Below the pieces are notes generated by a model that saw only the letters and a list, made by a program, of their open reading frames with translations, searched no databases and was not told where the DNA came from. A stretch of DNA of 57,531 nucleotides from Tubiluchus corallicola (taxonomy: Eukaryota > Animalia > Priapulida): contig JAQGDQ010002401.1 of NCBI GenBank assembly GCA_030141605.1, positions 30,958 through 88,488 of the forward strand, written 5' to 3'. Within the stretch, counting starts at the first letter, position 1. Each line of letters opens with the position of its first letter. The position numbers and the translations under genes were made by a program. Positions 42,712 to 52,528 of the stretch are shown here, piece by piece.

Positions 42712-44293
42712 AAGCCAAGAAATCGATCATATACGCATTAATGGGCCTTGCCTGTCTGCCTCTGTTTTATTTTCGAGATCTTTCACCAAACAATGAGCTG
42801 AAATATATAAGCATTATCGCAGAGGCGTTTGAAAACGGCAACTTCTTCACATTTTACAACCATGGGGAAATATATGCGGATAAGCCCCCTCTGTATTTTT
42901 GGGGAATAATGATCGTTAAACAGATATTTGGAGATTATAACAAAATTGCAATAGGGTTGATGAGCGTGGTTCCGGCGATATTCACCGCATACGTCATGAG
43001 CATCTGGGGGAAAAATGAGTTGAGTGATGACGAGCAGATAGTTGCATCAGGCATGCTCATCACTACAACTATATTTTTGGGGGCATCTTTAGTTTTTCGG
43101 ATGGATATGTTGATGACATTGTTCATCACTTTATCTCTATTCTATTTCTACAGAGTATATGTGAAGAATGGCAATAGTGATGAAAAGCACCTGATTTGGC
43201 CATGCATCTTTTTAGGTCTTTTTAGTAAGGGGCCTTTTGGCGTCCTCATCCCCCTTGGAGCCATTGTTCTGTTCCTACTAAGGGAAAAGAAGATCAGAAA
43301 TATTCACAAATATCTTCCCATATCGGGGCTGGTTTTCTTTCTGTCTTCTTGCGGGCTATGGTTTCTCGCGATTTATCTTGAAGGGGGCGCAGAATACTTA
43401 AATGACCTCACCGTGAATCAAACGGTGGGTAGAGGGATAGATTCATTTAGGCACAAAGAGCCATTCTATTACTACTTCAAGCATTACTTCCTTATCTTTG
43501 CTCCATGGTCGATATTTTATATCGCAACACTCATTTTATACAAAGTGAAGAGATTGAAAATGTCAAATTTGGAAAAATTTTTCGAAACCGTCATAATTTT
43601 CACATTTGTGTCGTTATCACTCGTCAGCAGCAAGTTGGAAGTATATCTTTTGCCTGTATTTCCGTTTGTAGTATTTTTATCCGTTATACAGTTTAAAAAA
43701 TCCAGACGGATTATTGGCGTTGGTGTATTGCCCCACCAGCTTTTATCTTAATGTTGCCGCTGCCGATGATCGCCTTAATAGATCTACTCCCTACAGAAAC
43801 GCTGGATAACATATACAAAAATATCCCCCTAAGCGGCACACTTAGCTTCTATATGGGTTGTAGTGTCGTATTTATCGCTGCAATTTACTCCTGGTTTAAC
43901 ATCATCGTGAAGGAAAACTTCATAAACAGTTCAAAAGGGATAATATTTGGCATGCTGGCTCTTCTTCTTACGATTTCATTCAATTTTCATCAATTGAACG
44001 ACACTATCGGCATAAAGGTATTGGCAGAAAATGGCATTGAGATACACAAAGCACGTCCAGATGCCGACTATTACTCATATCGCTATTCTAAGTTAAAAAA
44101 TATGGATGTTTATCTTGGCAGAGATCTAATAAATGTTGTCGATGTTGAAACGATGAACAAAGCCCTTCACAGTGAAGATGTTATACTATTCATAAGGCAC
44201 AAAAACGTAAGAAGAGATGAAGAACTACGGCAAATCGTGGAGAAAATGTCCATGGCTTACGACGGTGCAAAGTTTGCCATATACACAAATTAA
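42708..44293 (+). CDS. ArnT/GT39 family membrane glycosyltransferase, frameshifted near 43700-43750
   Basis: NELKY, YADKPPLYFW, RMDML, KGPFG, HKEPFYYY and SKLEVYLLP motifs; continues in ORF 43751-44293. Confidence 0.9.
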
Positions 44294-44425
44294 CTGTACT
44301 CAAAGCCCATGGCACCACCGAAATCACAAACATCAGATAGGTCGTAATGTTATAAAACAAATCATTGCAAAAGAATTGTGACTATAGTAATCTCTTCCAG
44401 TTAGAAATCACAGGAGGTAAGGCAT

Positions 44426-45199
44426 ATGATATGGGAAAATCTTGGTTATAAAGAGCTGCTCGACATCGATAAAGAGACGCCAGTTGTGCTGGGGGTGGCA
44501 TCGATAGAACAGCACGGGCCCCACCTGCCGGTGTCAACCGACTCCGCCATAGGGGAGCATTTTTTAAATGCGATCAGTGACACGCTGGGAGACAGAGTAT
44601 TAATTCTGCCCATCGTAAAAGTATGCTGCTCCGAACATCACATGGATTTTGCAGGAAGCCTTACAACAACCCACGAAATATTTATAAGTTACGCCATGTC
44701 CATATTGGAAAGTGCTGCTTCTCACGGTTTTAAAAATTTCGTTATAATTAACTTCCACGGGGGCAACATCGCCGCATCTAAAATTATCAGCGAAAAATTT
44801 GGAGTTAAATACCACAAGTCTTGCAATATTATGGTATCTACCGTGTACCACGTTGCGATACCTGAGCTACTGGAGATCATCGAGGGTGGCAAATTTAGCA
44901 CAGGGCATGCTTGTGAGATAGAAACATCGCTGATGATGCATATCAGCCCAGAAGTGGTCAAGGTAGACAAAATACCTTCAAGCACCAGTTATGTGGGGCT
45001 TGGTGGCAGCTTCGACGGCGACATGCTTCACAGAGCTAACGGGGACGCCACAAGGACGATCAGACAGATGTCGGGCGGCACCGGAGTTTTAGGTTCGCCG
45101 CATCTAGCATCTGCCGAAAAAGGGAAAACAATAAGCGAAGTCATCACAAAAAAGTTGAGTGATTTAATAGAAGAGTTCAGATCGCTGAAGATGAACTAA
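44426..45199 (+). CDS. Creatininase / creatinine amidohydrolase family protein
   Basis: SIEQHGPHLPVSTD, HHMDFAGS, NFHGGN and GHACEIETS motifs; GGAGG RBS. Confidence 0.92.
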   Translation: MIWENLGYKELLDIDKETPVVLGVASIEQHGPHLPVSTDSAIGEHFLNAISDTLGDRVLILPIVKVCCSEHHMDFAGSLTTTHEIFISYAMSILESAASHGFKNFVIINFHGGNIAASKIISEKFGVKYHKSCNIMVSTVYHVAIPELLEIIEGGKFSTGHACEIETSLMMHISPEVVKVDKIPSSTSYVGLGGSFDGDMLHRANGDATRTIRQMSGGTGVLGSPHLASAEKGKTISEVITKKLSDLIEEFRSLKMN

Positions 45200-45260
45200 T
45201 ACCTTGCGTCACGATCGATATTCTTAAACTTTGCAAAGATATTCTGTGTCTTTCTGATTT

Positions 45261-45280
45261 GTCTCCTTCCCGAAGGAGGC
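45261..45280 (+). terminator. Short GC-rich hairpin after the creatininase-family gene
   Basis: GTCTCCTT-CCCG-AAGGAGGC; no clear U tail. Confidence 0.35.
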
Positions 45281-45858
45281 TGCACGCAGGCACTGATAAG
45301 GGTTCAGTTTACGCCGTGACGATTTTTGGTGCGTGTAGGGGATGTTGCCAGGTTTTTTCCGCATTTTGCATGAAGCGTATCTAGCAACAGCCTCTCTATC
45401 CTGTGCAGTATACAGTCACCGTCACAAACGCAGCTCCAAATAAACCCCCATTGTGCACTCTAAAGGGGGTCTTCAAATGACACACAAACTACCACTAAGG
45501 AGCTTACAGGCACAAACTACAACAAAGCTGACACACTCCCGCGCTACCCATTTTTCCAGACGAGAGGATACGTGCGACAAAGCGTAAACCCTAAACGGTC
45601 GAGCACACCCTAAGTCAAAAGCCGCACAAGGTTTGCATCCTCGAAAACGCCGCATTAACAACAGCACCCTCAAAAGGAAAAGTAGATAACGCCAACGGGG
45701 TCACGCGCACCCGCAGACCTCAACGCGACGCCCAACAGGAATGGGAGAAGCACAGCCCCGTGAAAAAAACAGTTCCCATTTGCAACTCCCACCAACAGAT
45801 GACCTCTTGGAAAAAAACTCCTAACTATAATTGAAAGCTTCAATCAAACTTGTATAGG

Positions 45859-46908
45859 TCAGAAGATTCGGCTTCCTTCGGCACTTGAGAACAGATCCAT
45901 CGATTTGCCCATGGAGCTTTTCAGCTTTTCAGACAGTTGCGTAAGTTTATCCATTATGCTGGCGTCTATGTCAAGGTTTACAAAACGGATATTTTCATCA
46001 ACTTGGGTAACGTTTCTAGCGCCCGCAATCGTACTCGTTATGGAGGGACGCATTACAGACCACTTGAGAGCTAGCCTAGGCATAGGTATGCCCGTCTCCT
46101 CTGAAATGAGTTTAACCTCTCTGAGAAGCTCAAAGGTTTCTTCCTCAAACCCTTCCTCCCCATGTCTCCCGCCCCTTTTGGAGTGAAAGTGTCTAGTTCT
46201 GGATCTACTGGGTAGTATTTCATCAGCAGACGTATATTTTCCAGAAAGCAACCCTTGCATCAACGGCATATAGCCCAGTATGCCTATATTGTTCTTCATG
46301 CATTTATCGTCAAGCTCATATTCTATACCCCTGGAAAGAAGTCCATAAGGCAACTCGTTTAAAACAACACTTGCTCCAAGTTCTAAAAGCTCATCCATCT
46401 GCTTCATGCCAAAATTGCTCACGGCAAGATGCAAAAACTTCCCTTCCTTTTTCAACTTGTTCAACACTTCGATCGCTTCACCGAGCTTGGGCAAGTTCTC
46501 TGTCTCGCTAGGAGTTGCGCCGAAGCTCTCCAAAGACATTTTACTTATGGGCCAGTGTATCATGAATATATCAACATAACTTGTATTTAGACGCGTCAAG
46601 CTTCCCTCAAGCTGCTCTGCTATCTTATCCGGATGGAGGAAGTTTGGAATAATCTTGGTGCAAATGATGGCATCTTTTCGCCTGTTCTTCAAAGATATCC
46701 CCAATGACTTTTCACTCAAACCATCATTGTATACCGGGGCAGTATCAAAAAAGTTGCCCCCTGCATCAATCGAATAGTTTACAAGTAAATCCACATCCTT
46801 CTGATCTTGGGCTCCCCAATAGCTTTTTGCATCGCCGCCAAAGGCCCAACAACCCACACCAAGTATGGGAAGGGACAGCTTTACATCTCCACAACGCCTT
46901 CTTTCCAT
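45859..46908 (-). CDS. Aldo/keto reductase
   Basis: LGVGCWAFGG, FFDTAPVY, ICTK, YVDIFMIHWP, VSNF and PLMQGLLSGKY motifs. Confidence 0.94.
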   Translation of the reverse strand: MERRRCGDVKLSLPILGVGCWAFGGDAKSYWGAQDQKDVDLLVNYSIDAGGNFFDTAPVYNDGLSEKSLGISLKNRRKDAIICTKIIPNFLHPDKIAEQLEGSLTRLNTSYVDIFMIHWPISKMSLESFGATPSETENLPKLGEAIEVLNKLKKEGKFLHLAVSNFGMKQMDELLELGASVVLNELPYGLLSRGIEYELDDKCMKNNIGILGYMPLMQGLLSGKYTSADEILPSRSRTRHFHSKRGGRHGEEGFEEETFELLREVKLISEETGIPMPRLALKWSVMRPSITSTIAGARNVTQVDENIRFVNLDIDASIMDKLTQLSEKLKSSMGKSMDLFSSAEGSRIF

Positions 46909-47056
46909 TAATAATACCCCTGCTTTTTTATTTTAAACAACAACTCATATAGTGACATATTGAGCAAAATTACGCAATCAATATTATTGGACAAATGTCG
47001 ATGTTTACCTATCTTTATCCTTGAATAAAGTTGGTAATAGAACTAGACTTGTGCCC

Positions 47057-47875
47057 ATGGATTCAAACAAACTTTATGAAGAGATGATCGAAAAACCGTT
47101 CATAGTAGCAGGTCCTTGTGTTATAGAAAACATGGATATAATGTGTGAAGTTGCGGAAAGGATGCGGGAAATTTGCGATGAGTTTGGCTTCACGTACATA
47201 TTCAAAGCATCATTTGATAAAGCTAACAGAACCTCCGTGAAGTCTGAGCGAGGGCCTGGTTTAGAGAGCGGTTTGCAAGTTTTTAAAGAACTAAAAGATA
47301 AATTTAAAGACCTGCTCATCACGACGGACATACATGAATCATTTCAAGCCCAAGCTGTGTCAGGCGTTGTAGATATTTTGCAGATACCGGCTTTTTTGTG
47401 TAGACAGACTGATCTGCTGGTAGCTGCTTCAAAAACAGACAAAATCGTAAATATAAAAAAGGCCCAGTTTTTAAACGCGAAGGATATGTTTTTCCCGGCA
47501 GAGAAGGTAAAGGAGGCGGGCAATAGCAAGATATTGCTTACGGAGAGAGGTAATATATTTGGATATGGTGATCTTGTCCTTGATTATAGAAACCTGATCG
47601 AGATGGATAAATTCGAGTTTCCTGTTGTGTTAGACGTTACCCACTCTGTGCAGCGCCCCGGCGCGATGCATGGCTACAGTGGTGGAAATTCGGAATATGT
47701 ACCATACCTTGCAAGTGCTGCTGCTGCCGTCGGTATTAAGAATTTTTTCTTTGAAGTACATCCTGAGCCCAGCAAAGCTTTGTCGGATGCCCCAAATACC
47801 GTCAGTCTGAAGAAGATTGCAAAAATTATCGAAAACATTAAAAGAAATATAGACATCGCAAAGGACTTTTACTAA
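47057..47875 (+). CDS. kdsA: KDO-8-phosphate synthase
   Basis: AGPCVIE, FKASFDKANRTS, QIPAFLCRQTDLL and DVTHSVQRPG motifs. Confidence 0.96.
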   Translation: MDSNKLYEEMIEKPFIVAGPCVIENMDIMCEVAERMREICDEFGFTYIFKASFDKANRTSVKSERGPGLESGLQVFKELKDKFKDLLITTDIHESFQAQAVSGVVDILQIPAFLCRQTDLLVAASKTDKIVNIKKAQFLNAKDMFFPAEKVKEAGNSKILLTERGNIFGYGDLVLDYRNLIEMDKFEFPVVLDVTHSVQRPGAMHGYSGGNSEYVPYLASAAAAVGIKNFFFEVHPEPSKALSDAPNTVSLKKIAKIIENIKRNIDIAKDFY

Positions 47876-47879
47876 ACAA

Positions 47880-48830
47880 ATGACGAACAAAGATATAATG
47901 GATCTGGCCAAGGATGTTTTTACAAAAGAGGCAGAGGCTATCACAGGTCTCTCACTGCGTCTCTCTCTGAGCTTTGCAGAGGCTGTCATGGCTGTATATC
48001 GGAGCAACGGCAAAGTTATCGTTTCCGGCATAGGGAAATCCGGTCTAATAGGGAAAAAGATATCATCAACTCTTGCAAGTATCGGAACACCGAGCTTTTT
48101 CATGCATCCTGTGGAAGCCTTTCACGGAGATCTTGGGATGGTAGACAAAGAAGATGTCTTACTACTGATATCAAATTCTGGCGAAACGGATGAAGTATTG
48201 AAGATCGTGCCTTTCCTGAAAAACAATGAAAATACCATAATAAGCATGACCAGCGATGACAATTCTACCTTGGCACAAAACTCCGACTATCACCTAAATG
48301 TGTACGTTGCACAAGAAGCCTGCCCCTTACAGCTTGCTCCAACCTCATCAAGTGTTGCCGCTCTTGCCATGGGTGATGCTTTTGCCGTGGCATTGATGAA
48401 GATAAACGGCGTCGCCGAAGAGGGTTTTGCAATGTTTCATCCAGGTGGAAGCTTGGGTAAACGACTCTTGACAAGGGTTGAAGATAAAATGAGGACAGAA
48501 GATCTGCCCTTAATAACCCAAGATGAGGATATGGAAAATATCATCAATTGCATTACCACAGGAAGATTTGGTCTAGCGGTTGTAATAGACAATGACCAAA
48601 ACATCGTCGGAATAATCACAGACGGAGACATCAGAAGGACTATGCACAGCAAAAAGGAGAGCTTCTTCTCCCTAAAAGCTGTCGACATCATGACCCTGAA
48701 ACCAAAAACCATTCAGAAAAATACAAAGCTGGTGGATGCAGAGAAAATACTAAACGAAAATAAGATCAACTCCCTGCTCATAACAGAAAATAACAAACTG
48801 AGCGGGATAATCCAGATATACGACCTCTAA
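47880..48830 (+). CDS. kdsD: Arabinose-5-phosphate isomerase (KdsD/GutQ/KpsF)
   Basis: SIS domain (GIGKSG, HPVEAFHGDLG, EACPLQLAPTSS, FHPGGSLG) plus a CBS pair. Confidence 0.95.
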   Translation: MTNKDIMDLAKDVFTKEAEAITGLSLRLSLSFAEAVMAVYRSNGKVIVSGIGKSGLIGKKISSTLASIGTPSFFMHPVEAFHGDLGMVDKEDVLLLISNSGETDEVLKIVPFLKNNENTIISMTSDDNSTLAQNSDYHLNVYVAQEACPLQLAPTSSSVAALAMGDAFAVALMKINGVAEEGFAMFHPGGSLGKRLLTRVEDKMRTEDLPLITQDEDMENIINCITTGRFGLAVVIDNDQNIVGIITDGDIRRTMHSKKESFFSLKAVDIMTLKPKTIQKNTKLVDAEKILNENKINSLLITENNKLSGIIQIYDL

Positions 48831-48944
48831 AGGGTAGAGATCTTGTTGGTTTGTGTTCACGTCCACGACACAAAGAAGACTTCGCACGCCGTAACGGAGC
48901 ACAAAAACTTTTTCTTGCGAACAGCTGTATCAAGCATCCGTATC

Positions 48945-50070
48945 TTACGTATCGCTTTTACCGTGCTTGAATAGCGGAATAAAATTTTCAGCAACCTGAT
49001 TTATATGGTACAGCCGTTCAAATCTTTCTTTCGCGTTGCTTGCGTACCTACAATATGCATACTCATTCTCGGTAATTTCAATGATTGCTTCTGCCAAGGC
49101 TTGGGGGTCTTTTGGCGGGACAATCCTCCCTGTAACGTAATTTTCCTGTATTTCAGCAGTTCCGCTACCCTCTATTGAGGTTGCCACGACAGGCTTGCTA
49201 TAATACATAGCCTCAAGCTGGACCAACCCAAACGCCTCCGTTCTCTCCACGGAAGGCAAAACAAATATATCGCAAAACCTGTAATAGTTCTCAAGCTCTT
49301 CATTCGGGATTTCTCCGGCAAGATAAACCTTCTCGTCAAGTTTCTCTTTCCTTATTTTTGCCCAAAGTTCCTCCCTTAGAGGCCCACCCCCACCTATTAC
49401 AATCATATAATTGCTGGGCAACAGCTTTGCAGCATCTATAAGGAATGAGAAGCCCTTGTAGTACACCAGTCTACCCAAGCTAAAAACTACCTTTCTGCCA
49501 TAACGATAGTCTCTCAGATAAAGCTTTTCATGCTCACGGTCTCCCAACAACCTGTCGGGGTTTATTCCGAGGGGGATAACACCCACTTTTTCATTAAACA
49601 TCCGCAAATATTTAGAATATTTTGCATAGGAAAAAGGAGGCTAAAATAAGGTCGGCTCGTTTCAAAAGGTCAATCAACAGTGGGTGATATAGCTTTAAAA
49701 GATTCTTCTGTTTAACAATATCTGCATGCCAATAAACGATAAGCTTCGCCTTGGGGCGGATCAGTGAATACGCCAGGTTTGCCATAGGATCAGGCATATG
49801 AAGTATAATAACATCATAATCACGCCAGATCTTTCGCAGATATTTTATCATGGATGGTGATATAGCCGTTGAAGCCATCTTGCCAAGGGATGCCGTTCGC
49901 ACAACCCTATAACTGCCAAACCGCTCATCCGTGGTCTTAAATATTTTGTTTGCACACAAAACATCCGTGTGGACACCCATTTTATTGAGACTTTCCGTCA
50001 AATCATAGCTAAACGTCTCAATGCCGCCTATATGCGGAAAATAAAACTTACCGAACTGCAACACCCTCAT
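48945..50070 (-). CDS. Glycosyltransferase family 4, frameshifted near 49630
   Basis: N-half GKFYFPHIGGIE and LHMPDP; C-half GRLVYYKG and LPSVERTEAFGLVQLEAM. Confidence 0.9.
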
Positions 50071-50149
50071 ACAACACCTTTACACGCCAATATCAATGCT
50101 GTATATTATCGTATAGCATTGGGTATTGCAATGCAAGGAGTTCGTAAGC

Positions 50150-51502
50150 ATGCGCATAATAGTCATAGGCACAGGATATGTTGGGCTCATAACTGGGGCC
50201 TGTTTTGCAAACATGGGCAATAGTGTCGTTTGCATAGATGTGGATAAGGCCAAGATACAGATGTTAAACAACAATATAATGCCTATATTTGAGCCGGGCC
50301 TGAGCGAGCTTGTGAGTAAAAATACTGCTTCCGGCGACCTTGCGTTCGACACCAGTCTGAAGCCACACATTGCAGATGCTGCTATCATCTTCATCGCAGT
50401 GGGCACTCCTACGGGACAAAGCGGAGAAGCAAACCTTGAGTTTGTCATGGATGTGGCAAAACAGATCGGTGAATGCATCACGAATCCCGTGATCGTTGTA
50501 AACAAATCAACCGTTCCGGTGGGCACCGCCGATATGGTTCGGGACGCTATACAAGAGGAGCTGAATAGAAGAGGAGTTAGCATAGATTTTGATGTGGCGA
50601 GCAATCCGGAATTTCTTAAAGAAGGGAGTGCTGTAGATGATTTCATGAAGCCAGACAGGATAATAGTAGGCACCTCCAGTAAGTCAACCGAAAGTATGGT
50701 GAAGAAGCTCTATCTGCCGTTTATGCACAATCATGACAAATTTATAACCATGAGCATAAGAAGTGCCGAGATGACAAAATATGCTGCAAATGCGATGCTA
50801 GCCACAAAGATATCATTCATAAACGAAATTGCTAACATATGCGAAGAGACTGGAGCCAATATAAATGAAGTCAGAGTGGGGATAGGCAGTGATAACAGGA
50901 TAGGATACAGCTTTATTTATCCGGGCTTAGGCTACGGGGGCAGTTGCTTTCCGAAGGATGTTTTGGCTTTGGAAAAGACCGCCAGGGAACACAACGTGAA
51001 CGTCAGTATCATCCCGGCAGTGAATGAGGTGAACCAAAAACAGAGGCTGCTTTTTGCAAAGAAAATAAAGGAAGCCTTTGCAAACGATCTAAGAGGCAAA
51101 CGATTTGCCGTGTGGGGATTGAGTTTCAAGCCCCATACGGATGACATGAGAGACGCACCCAGCATCACCATTATCGAAGAACTTACAAAAGCTGGAGCAA
51201 AGATTAACGCCTATGACCCGAAATGCACAAATGTGGCTAAAACAGTATACTTAAAGCATATAAACGATATAGCATACTTTGAAAAGAAGTATGACGCTCT
51301 GCTATCTTGCGATGCTCTCATACTTGTGACGGAATGGAAAGAATTTAGAAGTCCCGATTTTGATAAAATCAAGTCAATGCTAAAGACACCCATAATATTC
51401 GATGGTAGAAATCAATACAGTAGGTTAAACGTAGAGGAGCTAGGTTTCAGATACTATCAGGTGGGCGTTCCCCAGAGCACGACCACAGAAAAACCTGTGT
51501 AG
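50150..51502 (+). CDS. ugd: UDP-glucose 6-dehydrogenase
   Basis: IGTGYVGL, KSTVPVGT, SNPEFLKEG, GYGGSCFPKD and SFKPHTDDMRDAP motifs. Confidence 0.95.
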   Translation: MRIIVIGTGYVGLITGACFANMGNSVVCIDVDKAKIQMLNNNIMPIFEPGLSELVSKNTASGDLAFDTSLKPHIADAAIIFIAVGTPTGQSGEANLEFVMDVAKQIGECITNPVIVVNKSTVPVGTADMVRDAIQEELNRRGVSIDFDVASNPEFLKEGSAVDDFMKPDRIIVGTSSKSTESMVKKLYLPFMHNHDKFITMSIRSAEMTKYAANAMLATKISFINEIANICEETGANINEVRVGIGSDNRIGYSFIYPGLGYGGSCFPKDVLALEKTAREHNVNVSIIPAVNEVNQKQRLLFAKKIKEAFANDLRGKRFAVWGLSFKPHTDDMRDAPSITIIEELTKAGAKINAYDPKCTNVAKTVYLKHINDIAYFEKKYDALLSCDALILVTEWKEFRSPDFDKIKSMLKTPIIFDGRNQYSRLNVEELGFRYYQVGVPQSTTTEKPV

Positions 51503-51611
51503 CCGGTCAGATAGTCGATCGATAAACAGAGATAACACACCTCATAATAAGCGTGCTTCGACCTTTCCGGTTTCTTGTTGTGTAGGCGCTCAACAAAGCT
51601 GCGGAAGAAGC

Positions 51612-51866
51612 TTAGTTGCTCTTTTTTTGTTTAATAAACTCATCCATACAGTCTTTAGAACAAAAATAGTGCATCGCTCCGCCCAACTTCACGCTGTGGG
51701 CTTTCGACGGATCCACGTATGTTTTACAAATGACGTCTTCCTGCAAATCTATGCTCAAGCTCTTCTGATCCTTAGATTTGCCGTCTATGCTTTTATTCCC
51801 CCGAAACATGCGCAAGACTAAGTATATGATTCCTCCAAGGACAAGGAACTTAAGAATCCCAAACAT
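51612..51866 (-). CDS. YHS/TRASH domain small membrane-anchored protein
   Basis: N-terminal TM followed by DVICKTYV...YFCSKDC. Confidence 0.8.
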   Translation of the reverse strand: MFGILKFLVLGGIIYLVLRMFRGNKSIDGKSKDQKSLSIDLQEDVICKTYVDPSKAHSVKLGGAMHYFCSKDCMDEFIKQKKSN

Positions 51867-52528
51867 CAATCTTTACCGACGTTGTTATTCTTTTTTTTCT
51901 TATTGCCACCGCTCGTAACTATAAAGACATTCTTCATCACACCACTGCCGCTGCTTTTTGTTGTGACGCCCGGGATGGTTTTGACAAACGTGTGTAGCTG
52001 TTTGCGCACACTCGGAACCATGGCCGGCATCTTCGCCGCCTTTCCGGTGCGAATAACTGACTGGGATAATGTTTCAGCTTTTTCCTTCAACTTCGCAATA
52101 GCACGCTCCCTGTAACCCTCAACATCCACATTGATGATAATGTCATCCTCCTGAGTCTTGATCATCTTATCCACTATGTACTGTATCGCATCTAAAGTCT
52201 GGGCCATTTTGCCTATAAGGACTTTTGAATCCGGTGTTTCTATATTAAACGTACAGACTCCTTCCTTCTCCTTCACCACGATTCGATACTCGGTGAAGCC
52301 CGCAAGATCCAGTATTTCAGATAATGTCACTTTAGTTTTTTTCTTCAAGTGACCGACGTCGTCAAAACTTATTTTAATCTTTGACTGCTTCCGCCCAAAA
52401 CCCAGAAAACCTTTTGCGCCCTGCTCAAGCACATCATAAGTTGCAAACTCTGCAGAAATTTTTCTTGATATCAAAAAACTGTCGAGAGCCTCTTGGGGGG
52501 TAGGCCCCTCTACTTCGTAATACTTCAT
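51866..52528 (-). CDS. jag: Jag/KhpB RNA-binding protein
   Basis: Jag_N KGFLGFG, KH LIGKMAQTLDAIQY and an R3H-like RKQLH; directly after yidC. Confidence 0.9.
   Translation of the reverse strand: MKYYEVEGPTPQEALDSFLISRKISAEFATYDVLEQGAKGFLGFGRKQSKIKISFDDVGHLKKKTKVTLSEILDLAGFTEYRIVVKEKEGVCTFNIETPDSKVLIGKMAQTLDAIQYIVDKMIKTQEDDIIINVDVEGYRERAIAKLKEKAETLSQSVIRTGKAAKMPAMVPSVRKQLHTFVKTIPGVTTKSSGSGVMKNVFIVTSGGNKKKKNNNVGKD

Noticed and set aside
45261-45290. SRP (4.5S) RNA-like CCCGAAGGAGGCTGC
   Set aside because: It lacks the conserved CAGG...GGAA...AGCAG internal loop and the long closing helix; a simple hairpin explains it.
45481-45530. CRISPR or tandem array from the CACAAACTAC repeat
   Set aside because: Only two 10-bp copies in low-complexity sequence, with no regular spacers and no cas genes.
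45735-45800. Cobalamin riboswitch-like GGGA...CAGCCCC segment
   Set aside because: The core motifs and spacing are absent, and it lies downstream of convergent genes rather than in a 5' leader.
50080-50673. Long antisense ORFs (e.g. 50080-50673, 5399-5935, 47630-48103, 35543-36010)
   Set aside because: They are shadow frames opposite well-supported genes and show no recognisable motifs.
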